Origin: Protoeuglena noctilucae
Lineage: Eukaryota
Assembly: GCA_958009085.1 (NCBI GenBank)
Contig: OY253685.1
Span: 496,001 to 560,000, forward strand
DNA: 64,000 nucleotides
Reading direction: 5' to 3'
Part shown: positions 26,198-40,984 of the stretch, in pieces
Layout: each line of letters opens with the position of its first letter
Position numbering within the stretch: position 1 is the stretch's first letter
Notes under the pieces: generated by a model
Databases searched by the model: none
What the model saw: the letters and a program-made list of their open reading frames with translations, nothing else
Told to the model about the DNA's origin: nothing
Made by a program: the position numbers and the translations under genes

Positions 26198-26203
26198 GCA
26201 ATC

Positions 26204-27963
26204 ATGGCGGACTCCGGCGCGGTCGCGGCCGACGTGACCCTGGTCGCGGTCGGCATGTCGGCCGCGGCGCTGTGCTGCAACCTGGTCATCTCGAGTGCGC
26301 TGCGGCTGAGCCTCAACGCCAAGTACCTGGTCGCGGGCGTGCGGTGCATCGCGCAGCTGACGCTGCTGGGCGCGGTGCTGAAGCCCATCCTCGAGCAGCA
26401 GCAGCCGTGGATGGTGTTTGGCTGGATGGCCGTCATGTACATGGCGTCCACCATGGGTGAGCTGAGCGATGATCACGAGGATGTCGATGGCACCATGTCT
26501 CAGCACCAATTGCAACGGCTAGGTTGCCATCTCATATGTCACAGTAACAGTCTGCACGTGTGTTGTCCCTTTGTAGACCCTGACCCTGTCTGCACACGCG
26601 TGCCCCCACCCGTCCACCTCAACCACCCTCGCCCACCCTCACCCCCACCTCTCCCACCCCTCCTGCAGAGGTGATGGGCAAGGTCAAGCACACGTACCAG
26701 GGCATGACGCTGCACATGCTGTGCCTGCTCGTGACGGTCACCATCGTCATGCTGGTGTACGAGACGGGCGTCGTGCTTCGTGTGAAACCCTTCTGGGACC
26801 CCCAGTACGCTCTGCCGCTCCTGGGCATGCTGCTGGGCAACTCACTGTCCGCCGTCACGCTCTCGGTTGGGGGGCTGCTCGGGAGAGTGACGTCGAATAA
26901 GGCACGGTGAGGAGGAGGGTTGGCTTGGAGGGGTGACAGCGAACACAGCTTCGTGGGGCAGGATACTCTTATTGCATTCCCCATGCGGTATTTCTAGCGG
27001 CATTGCCCTGCGCTTTCATCTCCCTGACACACTGCGACAATGCGACACATCACCTGCCCTCCCGTGTCTCGCAGCATCGAGGCCGACCTGGCGATGGGCG
27101 CGTCGCGGTGGGAGGCCCTGGAGGAGCACATCCGCGACACGCTGACCCTGTCGCTCATGCCCGCCCTCAACTCCCTCTCCGTGTCGGGACTCGTGTCGAT
27201 CCCGGGCATGATGACCGGGCAGATCATCGCAGGCAAGTGCTTAGACCGGGCATGATGACCGGGCGGATCATCGCAGGCGAGTGTCACGGTTGGAGAGCAT
27301 GGATACCACGACTGACTATGCATTGTGGTGACACGTATGTCGAAGCTGTTGGCGGCGCCCGGCACGTCTGCCTGTGACCAGCCTCGTCACCCATCCCATC
27401 GCTCGCCCGCAGGCAACTCGCCCAACCAGGCGGCCCGGTACCAAATCATGGTGACGTTCCTCATCGCGGCGGCCGGGTCGACAGCGGCTGCCATCGGGTC
27501 CCTTCTCGCAGCCGTGCAAGCGGTGGACACGGACCATCGCCTGACCCTCCACAAGATCACGTGAGCGGCGCATCGCTGCGGTGGGCAACACGCTCCCTCC
27601 ATAGGCCCTGTCATCGCCTCGCCGTGTGCGCGGTGGACACCTTGTAAGCATTGCACCCTGGGTTGCGTTCGCATGGAGAGCAAGACCTGACTTGATTTGG
27701 GAGTCTCCGTGGCTATCGTTTCTATCCTTCGCAGGAAGAACCAGGGCAGTTGGACTCTGGAGAAACTGATCGACACGGCGCTTCTGACGGCGTGGCGCGG
27801 GGCAGTCGCCGCGGGGCAAGGGGCCGCGGCCCCGTTCCTGTGGCTGTTCCGGGCCGCGTGCGCGCCGCAGAGGGAGGCGCCGCGGGCCGGCGACGAGGCC
27901 CGGGAGGGTCTCTTGGCGGCCGACGGGGCGCAGGGCGGCAACGGGGCCCCTCGAGACGAGTGA
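26204..27963 (+). CDS. UPF0014 ABC permease, FetB(YbbM)/STAR2/ALS3-like, 5 exons
   Basis: RCIAQLTLLGAVLKPI, WDPQYALPLLGMLLGNSLSA, IEADLAMGASRWEA, SLMPALNSLSVSGLVSIPGMMTGQIIAGNSPNQAARYQIMVTF. Last exon ~27734-27963 joins in frame. Confidence 0.9.
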
Positions 27964-28206
27964 TGCAGGAACTTGTGCGTGTGATACCGACGCTGTCAGC
28001 GGGCTGAATCATGTTACTTGTGCGAATGGCGAGGCGACAGGTTTGAAACGCAAGGCTTGGTCCTGCAAGCGCTGGGCGGAGCACGGCTACTGTGCACAGC
28101 GCCTCCTGAAATGCCCAAACAGGATGCCAAAGCAGCGCCCTGTTCCCTAAGGACTCTCATAACACCAAGCGGGTCACGGCAAAGACGGAAAGCAGTCCCG
28201 CTGCGC

Positions 28207-28546
28207 TCAGTTGTAGTACATCTCAAGGCCCATGCCGTCGTGAATCTCGTAGTCCTGCGAGCGCGGGCCGGCGAAGACGTCTTTGAGCAGCAACCAAGTC
28301 AAACTATCGCCTTGAAGCCGCGACGCACGCCGCGGACCGCCCGGCGCGGGCGGCGCGGCCAGCGAAGCACACCTCGAGCGTAATGTGGTCCTTGTAGACC
28401 GTGTACCACTTCTGGATCCGAATCTTTTCCGGCCTCGTGCCCGTCTGAGCTGCCACGAGCTTCTTGAGGTCCCCAATCGTGTCGTCCTCGTTGCACTTGA
28501 CGCGAATCTTCTTTCCCAGACGGTCGTTCAGGACCACCTCAATCAT
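28207..28546 (-). CDS. UBL5: Ubiquitin-like protein 5 (Hub1), 2 coding exons
   Basis: [58 protein letters not shown] / [15 protein letters not shown], with the diagnostic C-terminal YY. Confidence 0.97.
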
Positions 28547-29196
28547 CGCGACCTGAGGCAGCGAGGGCACGGCGGCGGGTCAAAGAGGGTCGTCTTACCG
28601 ATGGGAGCGCCCTGCGACAGGCCCACGCCGCGGCGCTGAGTTGCGAGTGGCAGCGCCCTTCCAGACCCCATCGCGTGGCAGCCCTGGGCAGCCCTTTGTG
28701 AAGCTCATGCAATGCCAGCATGGCAGAATACCATGCCACGTGACACGGGCGCCCTCTCTCGTACCTTCCCGCAAACAGGATTGGGGGTCTCCCGGTGTTG
28801 CGTAGGCCCCGCGCCGGCTCGGGGACGTGTCTGCACGCGGACGCCGGACGAGCGACGCAGGCGCGCCATGTAGACCCCATGGTGGGCCAGAGAGGGGGAA
28901 ATGGGGCTCAGGTTGCCCTGCCAGTCGTCCCCTTCTGGCGCGATGTTGCCAGCGCGCGGCTGGGTGAAAGCTGAGGGCTGCGATGTCTGCTGCGTAGTAC
29001 TGGTACATACACACGTCGTCACCTGCCCCCACACCAGACGCGCTAGGTCGATTGCACCCCCACGAGCGTGCAGAGCAGCAGGGACTGCATCGCTTGGCTT
29101 CCGCAAGTGACCTACCGGTACAAGAGAGGACACTGGGAACGTCAGCGGCCGGTTGTGACACTGAGCTCGTCGCTTGGGCTCAGGGCGTAGGGCGCC

Positions 29197-31009
29197 ATGG
29201 CCAAGGCGGGCTTCTTGGCCCAGGACCTGCCGTCCGAGGATGAGTCCGATGAGGACTACAACCCTTTGAAGGACAAGGTGAGGGAGCGCGTCGAGCTAGG
29301 CGGGGCCACGCGACGAATCGCCCGGTTCAGTGGAGCTCGCGCGGCAACGGCAGTCTCCGCGTGCGCAGACGAACCCAGAGCTCGCGGAGCAGCGGAGGCT
29401 TCTCAAGCAGGGTCTCCTCGACGAAGGAGTGCCTGTGGTGGCAGGTGAGGGGCGGTCACGCTGCCCGCAGCCTGCCTAAAGCTTGCAAGGCCCTCTTCAA
29501 CGCTCCCGACCGCTTTCGCAGAGGGAGATGAAGAGGAGGAGCTGAATCCATTGTCAAGGGCTGCGAAGCGCCGGGCTCTCGCGGCGGAGGTGTTCGAGAA
29601 GCTGCAGCAAGCGGCAACAAAGCGGGGCGCGGGCGTGGGGACGGTGGGCAGGATGTACAGGTGCGATGCGTCAGAGCTGGCGCATTCCCTGTAATTCTGA
29701 TGACATGCACGCCAGCTGGCTAATGCAGGACGTGCCTATGTGGTGGAATGGGGCACAAGCCACTCCCGCTGCCGTTGCGTGCTTGCAGGGAGGTCCTGAT
29801 GGAGCGCGCGGCGGATAAGCCGGCGTTGGATTTCGGCGATGACGCTTGGAAGCTGCCGCTCGGGCTATCCCAACGCAAGCGGAGGCAGCCGTTGGTGGTA
29901 CGGGCCTGGTGCATTTGCAGTGCTGAAGCATGATGCCCTTTGCATTTATCTCTGACAACGTTTGCTCCCGCTACACCCGCAGGATCCGAAAGCGCTGTCC
30001 GTGTGTGCGCCGAAGGAGCAGCGAGCGAGTCTGGGTGAACACACCACTGACAGTGATGCGGCAACTGCCGGACCCTCTGCCGGGCCAAACGACGCTTTAC
30101 CCGCCCGCGCGGCGCTCCATCCGCGGCTGGCCGACGCCAAGCGCTGCGCCGTGACTCCGGAGCTGCTCGCTGCGGCCCGCGTGGCGCCGGGCCGCGTGCC
30201 CTTAGCTATGTCTGTGACGCGGCATCGGGAGGTGAACAAGGTCACCGTGCAAGAGGAGCGCAAGTTCGCGGGTGAGTGGCGTGGGGGATTGATTGAGTCG
30301 TGGTGCAAGACATGGTGACGAATGGGGGCTTTGTTGCACCAGTGTTTGCTGCACACACATCGCTCTGCATCCTGTGTGCTGATGGCACATGCATCGTTTG
30401 TGGCTGCAGGGGAGACGGTGATGATCGAGAAGCGCGTGGACAGGGAATCGAAGGAGGCCGTCAAGGCAGCCGGACCGGCGCCGGCCCCGCTCACGCCGCT
30501 GCAGGTGGGAGGCGGGGCATCGCTCGCCCGTTGCCGCATCGCTGTCCCGCTGGTCAGCCGGGCGCGCCATCATCCGCGCCGCTTTCGCAGAAACTGGTTC
30601 GTTCGCTCAAGAAGGGCAACAAGGTGTCGATCGTGGATAAGACGAAAGCGGATTGGGAGAAATGGAAGGCGCAGCAGGGGCAGCACATCCAGGAGGAGCT
30701 GGAGACGTACAAGAAGTCGGGGACCAAGGTGAGACGTTATAATTTGTTCATTTAAAAGAGCCGGTGGCGTTTTTGATGCGCAGACAGTGCGGGCGCAGGC
30801 AGTGCGGTGGCCACTCCTGCCATCTGTGCACTGCCTGCACGCTGCGCTTGGCTGCGCTTTGGCTCTTCCCTGCAGCATTTCGTCATCACTCTGTCTCTCC
30901 GCAGTATCTCGACCGGCAGGACTTCCTCAAGAGGGCCGAGCTGCGCGAGTACGAAATCCAGAGGGACGCGCGGCTGGCGTCGGACGTCCGCACGCGCGGC
31001 CGGCTCTGA
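29197..31009 (+). CDS. CFDP1: BCNT-domain protein (CFDP1/Swc5, SWR1 complex subunit)
   Basis: N-terminal PSEDESDEDYNP, KFAGETV, and BCNT-C domain KVSIVDKTKADWEKWK...IQEELETYKK...YLDRQDFLKRAELREYEIQRDARL. Confidence 0.88.
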
Positions 31010-31563
31010 TCCTCGATCGGACGTTGCAAACTGGAGCTGCTTTGCAAATGAGTATCCGCATTTGCCGTGGCGCGCGCATGAAGTCAGAACATGCCGTCGC
31101 TGGCGCAGGGCATTGCGCCTTTCTGCTCAGGGAGCAGGCTGCTCTCTGCACAGCCCGATAGTCACCCGTTCGCGGGCTTGCTTGCTTTGCGTTGTCACAC
31201 TACTGGGATTTGCGCGGAACTTCAACAAAAGCCGCACCGTCTCGCTGCATCCGAGCGCGAGTGGGCGCTCAGGGAGGCGCGCAAGGCGGGGCACAAGACA
31301 TCGCAGCAAAAGAGAAGCACCAAATGAAATGGCGCGACAAGTGAGGTGGCAAAGGGACACCGGCAATGCACAAAGGACGCCAGGGCGAGCGAGGCGGCTG
31401 CGGGCCGGCGCATTGGCGCATTGGCGCATGGCCGCGCTATCACCAGCACTGCGCTGGTGGCCAAGCGCTCGCTAAAAGCTCAAGGCAGGAAGACGAGGCA
31501 CGCTGCCTTGCCTCCGTCCGCACATCCCATCTGCCCCCGCGCACCACCCGCGCTCCCTGCAGC

Positions 31564-33477
31564 TCAGTGCAGCTCGATGTACCCAGCGCTGCTGAGGTCC
31601 TGGAAGCTGAAGTAAATGTGCCCTGAGGTCGTGAGCCGGCCCGCGGGCACCCGGCCGCCCGAAGAGGCGCCCTTCGCGTCGTGGTGCCCCTGTGTGTGCT
31701 CGTGCTCGGCTGCATGGGCACCGTTGTTGTTGACATCGACCGCGACTTGGCCCGTCGCGTCGTGCGTCACCTCCTGATGGCCCCAAGCAGCCACGGGGTC
31801 CACCTCCCCGGCTGCGTACGCCGGGGCCTCCCACATGGGAGACGACGCATCTTCAGTGACCGCTGACGCGTCCCAAGCCATCGCAGGCGCGGATGCCTCC
31901 GCACCCTCCGCCCCGCTCCCAGCCCACGCTGCAGCGCTAGTGTGCGCCGTCTCAGCACCGCTCTCCGCCCACTCCACAGCGCTCCCATGCGCCGCCTCAG
32001 CACCGCTCTCCGCCCACGCCCCAACGTTCCCATGCGCCCCCTCAGCACCGTTCCCGGCCCAAGCCACACCACTCCCATGCGCTGCCTCAGCATCGCTCTC
32101 TGCCCACGCCATAGCACTACCGTGCTCTGCCTCAGCACCATTCCCGGCCCACGCCTCAGCACCATTCCCGGCCCACGCCACAGCGCTGCCGTCCCATGCG
32201 CCGCTGTGGCTGAAGGTGGGCAGCGGCACAGCCTCGGTCTCCGCCCCCACCTCCGCACCCCACGCGCCGTTGTGGTGACTGTACTCGTACTCGCCACCGT
32301 CGCCACCAGCATGCCCGTAGCTGTGGGCATCGCCACCAGCATGCACGTAGCTGTGACCGTCGCCACTGGCGTGCACGTAGCTGTGGGCATCGCCGTGGTC
32401 AAAGCTATGCTCGTGGTTGCCGTACGCGTGGCTGTGGTCGTGCCCATAGGCGTGGCTGTGGCTGTGGTCGTGGCTATCACCGTGATCCACGCTGAGCCTC
32501 TGGCCGTACCCGTGACTGTGGTCGTAGCCGTGGCTGTCGCTGTCCTCGCCAGTCGTCAGCGCCTTCGCCGCGTCCGCAGCCATCTGCGACACCAGGGCCG
32601 CCAGCTCCTCAGCCTGCGCCTCCGTCAGAACTGCTTCCACCTCCTCGGCCTCGAGCGAACCCGCAACGAACGCCGCTGCCACCCCCAGCGACTCCTCCTC
32701 GTCATCGACAGCCCCCTCCGAAGCATTATGGGAGTCCTCCGAAGCCCACAGCACCCTTTCCCACTTCCCCGCGCCCGACGAGTGACCCTCTACCCCCCCT
32801 TCCCATGCCCCCGCACCGGCCGCCTCCCCACCCCACACCGCACCCTCCGCCCCACCGCCCCTCTCTTCTCCCTCCATCGCCATCGCGTCCAAATCGTCCA
32901 GCGCACGCTGCATGTGCCCCATCGTCTCCGCGTTTGCCGGCTCCTTCGACCCTCCCTCGCGCGCACCCCACGCGCCCACCCCGCCCGCCCCCGGCTCGTG
33001 CTCCGCCCCCCACGCCACGTCGCGCCAGGTGGCCTCTTCCAGAGACGGCCCCTCTCCCAGTAGCTCTTCCGCGGACATGCTCACGAGGAATCGCATTGGG
33101 CGCACCTCGTCTCGCTCCAATGCCTCCACGCCTGACACCGCACCCGGGCCCTCCGGGCTCTCTGTGGGCGGGGCCCCTGACGTCAGGCCTGCGTCAGGGG
33201 CGCTGGGTGCCGCGGGGCCACCCGACGCGGCGTCCTTGACGATGTGGGAGCCCGTGACTGGGGACCAGCCCAGCGCAGACTCGGCCGGAGCCGCGTGGGT
33301 CATCCCCGCCGCCATCGCACCGGCAGCACCCGCCACGCTGCCCATCGCGCCACCCTGCATCTCCGCCGTCGCTCCGTCCGACACGCCCCACTGCGGGTCC
33401 CGTGCCCCGGACGCATTGCTTGCAAACGCCCCCGTAGCATCCGGGCCCTGGGCGACGTTGGGCTGGGTTGACGACAC
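31564..33477 (-). CDS. 637-codon acidic Ala/Gly/Trp/His-rich terminal exon, probably a C-terminal extension of the upstream starch branching enzyme
   Basis: The long open frame starts exactly at a strong acceptor (ttgac...ttccctcccctgcag|GTG, phase 0) rather than at an ATG. It contains 15-aa and 10-aa repeats. Confidence 0.7.
   Translation of the reverse strand: MSSTQPNVAQGPDATGAFASNASGARDPQWGVSDGATAEMQGGAMGSVAGAAGAMAAGMTHAAPAESALGWSPVTGSHIVKDAASGGPAAPSAPDAGLTSGAPPTESPEGPGAVSGVEALERDEVRPMRFLVSMSAEELLGEGPSLEEATWRDVAWGAEHEPGAGGVGAWGAREGGSKEPANAETMGHMQRALDDLDAMAMEGEERGGGAEGAVWGGEAAGAGAWEGGVEGHSSGAGKWERVLWASEDSHNASEGAVDDEEESLGVAAAFVAGSLEAEEVEAVLTEAQAEELAALVSQMAADAAKALTTGEDSDSHGYDHSHGYGQRLSVDHGDSHDHSHSHAYGHDHSHAYGNHEHSFDHGDAHSYVHASGDGHSYVHAGGDAHSYGHAGGDGGEYEYSHHNGAWGAEVGAETEAVPLPTFSHSGAWDGSAVAWAGNGAEAWAGNGAEAEHGSAMAWAESDAEAAHGSGVAWAGNGAEGAHGNVGAWAESGAEAAHGSAVEWAESGAETAHTSAAAWAGSGAEGAEASAPAMAWDASAVTEDASSPMWEAPAYAAGEVDPVAAWGHQEVTHDATGQVAVDVNNNGAHAAEHEHTQGHHDAKGASSGGRVPAGRLTTSGHIYFSFQDLSSAGYIELH
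31900..32545 (-). repeat. Coding tandem repeats: 45-bp units (HGSAMAWAESDAEAA-like) and 30-bp units (GDAHSYVHAG-like), plus an HSHGY-rich tract
   Basis: Visible in both the translation and the DNA (repeated ctcagcacc...gcccacgcc and gtagctgtg). Confidence 0.85.
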
Positions 33478-34096
33478 CTGCAGGGGAGGGAAGCAGAGAA
33501 ACAGTCAAGTCACAGACGCGGCACGAGGATATGATAATAGAATCGTGACATTTATGGCTATGACTAGGAAGCTATCGCCGACAAGCTCGCGGTTTAGGCA
33601 GGCCTGCCCCATCATTGCGGCGGTTGTAGCGTAGGGGGACGCCGACCCAGGAAAGGGCGCGGGTGTCACGAGTCGGGCTATCGGATCCCGGAAAGGGCAC
33701 ATTCAAACGGCCCGGAGGAGCGCAGCGGGAGCTACCGGGCGGCGCCGTGGGAACCCAGGCATAGGAGAGTAGGCGACTAGGAGTAGGGATCGAGGTATCA
33801 AGTGCAGAGTGCTGGGTGTGGCCTGCCCAAAGCGAGCCAGGCCTGGATGGTCATCAGTAGATCAACGCAAGACATGAGATAGCAGGCGAGTGAGGCAGGG
33901 AGCCCTCGGGGTGCATAGCGCACACGCACCGCTGTCGCGACCCTCACACCACGACACCTGGGCATTAGTGCCGGTCACAAGCCCCCGGCAAGGCAAGTGC
34001 GCGCGAGAGCGCTCACAACAGACCACCCGGGTGTACCGCAGCAACACACAAGGGCCTCCGTAAGGGCCGTGAGCAGGACTCAGTTGTGAGCAGGGC

Positions 34097-37000
34097 TCAG
34101 TTGTGGTTGCCGTTCCAACCCACCTGTCCCCCCTTGTAACCCCAGAAATCGTCGCCCCAGACGTCGGCATTGGCATAGACGACCGCGGAGCGCGCGGGCG
34201 AGAAGACGGACATGCGGCAGGGCCGGCCGTTGAGCTCCTCTGGCTGAGTGAAGTGGTCGGCGTCGTGGGCGATGAGGCCCGCGCCCCCGAACCGCCACTC
34301 CGAGTTGTCCATCACCACGCGGTACTTGCCGGGGGTGCCCACGCCGATCTCCAGGCCCGTGAAGTCGGTCCTGTGGGGGGAGGGGCGAGGGAGCAGGGTT
34401 ACTTTTACTTGGCAGGTCAGGGTGGGGCACGGTGGGACATGCATATGGCATGGGGTGACGCGCTTGTTGGGGCAGCGAATGGCGATCAACGGAAACCAAA
34501 CATCGTCTTTGGAATGACAAGTACTCGTGTGTTACGGTGCGTCAAGTGACGTGCGCTGCAGCACCCCTTGCCACTCACTTGGTGTTGAAGTTGAACACGA
34601 AGATGAGGGGGCCGCGCTCGGCGACAATGACCTTGCGCTCCTCGTCAATGGTCGACACTGCGGGGATGGAAGTAAGAGATAGCGATGGGCAACCAGCGAT
34701 CGCAAGTGGCCGTTTGCGGCGGTGTCCTACATAGCGTTGATCCCGTCGTCCCTCATGGGCGATGCTCCAGTTGCCATAACATATGCAGTTGTATGATAAT
34801 GTCATCGTCAACTCTGCAATATGAAAATCGCTCACCGACTTGGTGGGGGTCGGAGGAGAAGCCCGTCTTCTCGTCCAGGGCCATCAGCGCCTTGTCCCAC
34901 TCACGCAGGTGCGTGTAGCGCAGGTGACCGCTGTCCACTGCGGAACACGATTGAGAGGAAGGGAATGAGGATAGCTTCGGTACTGAGGTGAGGAGCCGGC
35001 ATGTGTTGCGCAAGCAGGGTGGGCACCAACGCTTCAGTCACTGCCACCACCACAAGTCACAGGCATAACCCCACCAACCCCACCGCATCATTGACACTTG
35101 CACTCACCAAGGGACCACTGGCGCCGACAGAACTTGAACGACCACCCGTTGCCCTCACGTGGGAAGTCGAGCCACTCCGGGTGGCCGAACTCATTGCCCA
35201 TAAAGCACAGCCACGCCTCGCCGCCAATCGACATGGTGATGGCGCGGATCATCATGTGCAGCGCCAGGCCGCGCTGCGATGGTGGTGGGAACAGGAGCGG
35301 TAGGTGTGAATAACACCAAGACCAAGTCTTTGCAACTGGTGAATGCAATTGATCATATTTTCTATATGAATGCATATACATCAGTGCAACGGTACTGGTG
35401 CTCTGCTACCAGGGCGCCACACCCCATCACCAGCCCTCACCTGCACGACGGGCGAGGGCTCGACTAAGGCGCTCATGCCGTCGTAGATCTCCTTGTCGAA
35501 CAGCCACATGGCGATGGTCTTGTCCCCCACCAGCGCCTGGTCGTGGGACTCGGCGTAAGCGACCGTCTTTTCGGTGTAGCGGCGGTTGCACAGCGAAGAG
35601 ACCAGGTCGATCATGCGCCAGTCCTCGTCCCTGCATTGCACGGATCGAACACCACGTGTCAGCAGCGCTCGTCATACCCACGCGCAACATATACACTTTC
35701 TGAAACACCCTTTGTCGGCATTTGTCTAACATCCACCTAGATCGTGCAAGCAACCACGCAGATTGAGTGCAATATGTAAACAAGCATCGACACTCACTTG
35801 ACGTGCTTGAGGATCTTGATCCAGTGGTCGGGGATGGCCATGCCCAGGCGGTAGTCGAACCCGACCCCGCCCTCGCTCACGGGGCGGCACAGGCCGGGCA
35901 TACCCGACACGTCCTCCGCGATCGTCACGGCGTCGGGGACCAGGCGGTGCGCGAGCTCGTTCGCCAGCATCTGCGAGGGAGACGATGCAGAGTGCAATTA
36001 ATGAGAAGCGACCGTGGGGAGGGGTACGGAACGCAATGGTACGCAGCGCAATGCAGGTGTGGTGGAGAGACGTGGAGAGTGCCAAAGAACTGAGACGTGC
36101 TGCGGCTTGCCCGACGCTGCTGCATATCCCTCCGCATGCGTACAACAGCTGCAAGCATCGCAACAAGCTATGGACGTCGCAAAGGCGACTCGCCAGGTAG
36201 GTGACGGCCTCGACATTGGTGGACGGGGAGAAGTACTCCTTGTAGTTCCCGGAGAAGCCCACGTTGATGCCGTGGTGGTGGTAGAGCATGGACGTGACGC
36301 CGTCGAACCGGAACCCGTCAAACTGGAACTCCTCCAGCCAGAAGCGCACGTTGCTGAGCAGGTAGCGCAGGACCTCCCAGTTGCTGTAGTTGAAGAGCCG
36401 CGAGTCCCATAAGCTGTGGTAGCCACGAGCGCCATTCAAAAAGTAGTTGTCCTGCTCCGCCTGGCCCAGGTCCAGCCCCGCCAGGCCGTCCTCGGTGTTC
36501 TTCGAAATGTGGCTGTGAACCACGTCCAGCAAGACGCGGATGCCCATCCCGTGGGCCTGCGCATAAGAGGCTCTGTGCAGTGAGCTGCAGCACCATTTGT
36601 GCACCTCCCAAGCCCCGCTGCAGTCGCGTCGTAAGCGCACTCGCCTTGTCCACCAGGTATTTGAGGTCGTCGGGCGTGCCGCTCCGGGAGCTGACGGCGA
36701 AAGGCGAGGTGACGTGGTACCTGCGCGAGCCGGCCACGCCAGCAATGCAGGGGCACCCCGACTGCGCCCGCGGCAGCTTTGGCGCCGGATGTCACTGCAA
36801 TTAAAGCATGTATGCCGCCTCCGCTCACCCGAACGAGCCATAGTAGACGTGCTCCATGACGGCCATCAGCTGCACGGCATTGTAGCCGAGGTCCTTGACG
36901 CGCGGGAGGATGTCGTCTGCGAACTCGCGGTACGTGTGGACACGCTCCTCCTCTCCAGACATGCCGACGTGCGACTCGTAGATCCTGCGGCGCGGCGCGG

Positions 37001-38115
37001 GCGGGCGCGATCAGGCACATGCCGATCAATTGCCAAGCACTAGCCGCGCGCGGCGCGGGCGACGCTGCTCGCCTCAGGCTCTTGCTGCGCGGGGGGCGGG
37101 AGTTTTTGAAGCGATAGATCTCCGACTGCGGAGGGTCCCAGTAGACCGAGTCGTAGAGAACGTTGCCGGGGAGCTGCTTGGCCCTCTGGATCCACGCTGC
37201 GAGCGGCGAAGGAGCGAGATGGCTCGGAAACGGCACCAGACGAGCGTTAATAGCTAGAACAACCAATCGAGGGGCTCCGCACCGGGGAATCGGTCCACCG
37301 TCCACCCATCGTGGTGGCGAATCCGGATCTTGACCAGCGAGTCGTGGGGAATGGCGCCCGGCGGAAGCTCGCAGCTCCAGACGCCAAACTGGTCGCGAGT
37401 CATCGGCTCGCCCTTCCAGTCGTTGAACTCCCCCACGAGCCACGCTTCGGCCGCGGGGGGACACCACTCCCGGAACACGATGGTCCCGTCCGCCTTCTTG
37501 CTGAACCCGAACTTCTTGTAGCCCGCCGCGAACTCCTCCAGCGACTGTTCGTATGTCTCGATGTTGGAGAGGGTGTCGACGAAGTGCTTCCACTGCGCGA
37601 CCGGCGCGGGGGCCGCGATTGCGGTGGGCAACGAGGCGTGGGCATCGCGCGCCGCGCGGGGCGGGAGGCGCGCGATGGCCCCACCGCCGCACCTGGTACT
37701 TGAGATGCGCTTCAAATCCCTCCAGATGGGGGTCCACGGACAGCATGGCGAGGCCATCCTCCGTCCAACCCTTGGGAAGGACCCAGGTCTGCTGCGCCTG
37801 CAGCGGCAACCTCGTGTCCTCGTGACGGCACGTGAGAGCAAGTCCGCGCATCAAGAGTCAGGCGCGACCAACTCCCGGCCGCGAGGGTGCAGGCATGCGC
37901 CATATTCCTGCCCTGCCCCGCAGGAGCTACGGCACGCCCAAGCAGCTCGAGGGCGCCGCGGCAGCGCTCACCGTCGCGCCCACGCGAGTGGGGCGCTTGA
38001 CCCATCCAGCCGTGCTCCTGCCTGGCGCGAGAGTTGGCCTCGCGCGGACGGCCCCTTGCCTCTGAGGGCGAGCGCCCGCCCGGAGCACCCCGCTGGCCCC
38101 CAAGACGCACAGCAT
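34097..38115 (-). CDS. SBE: 1,4-alpha-glucan (starch) branching enzyme, GH13, class I-like, with putative plastid transit peptide
   Basis: FREWCP...[85 protein letters not shown]. First exon (38115-~37972) is Arg/Ala-rich like a transit peptide. Confidence 0.95.
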
Positions 38116-38764
38116 GGCTTCAACCCACGATTGAGCCGATATGCTCTACGCGGCGGTAGGGAGCTCCCCCAGACGCGAGGGCGAGTCTGGCCGCTTTTTA
38201 TCCTCCGACGGAAGCCCCGCGGCGCAATCCCGAGCGTCGCGGACGTCGGCGTGAATTCGCCGTGTCGAGAGGCGAGACGTTCTCGTGGCTCTGCGCCCTG
38301 GCGAGGCGGCACGCGCCTCGGAAAGGCGTTCCGAGACGGAGATGTTTCAGGCAAAACATGGGGTGGCGACTGCGGCAGGGACCCGACGCGCGAGGCCCGC
38401 TGGACTCGCATATGCACCATCAGTACGCCTCCGGCTGTCGCAGGTCTCGTCTCCTGTTTCCGGAACCTTGGACCCTTGCATGCGCGCGGCCCTTTGCGCT
38501 CGTAGCAGGCAATCGCTTGGGCAGCGCCGCCGCTTCCTGACGCGGAGAAGGTAGCTGCAAGTCGGCCGCGTTGCTTGCGAGCCCCTCTGGCCTCGGCGTC
38601 AGATCGCCAGCGCGAGCATTTCTTTCGCATCCCGACAGGTCGCCGCGGGAAGGCCTTTTCACCCCGTCGCCGCCCTGTCCCTTTGCCGCGCCGTGAGGCA
38701 GTCTGAGGATCGGCCGCGGTCGCGGCGTGGGGCGATGTCCCCGTAGCGGGGCGGTTGTTGCACG

Positions 38765-40984
<2,220 letters not shown>

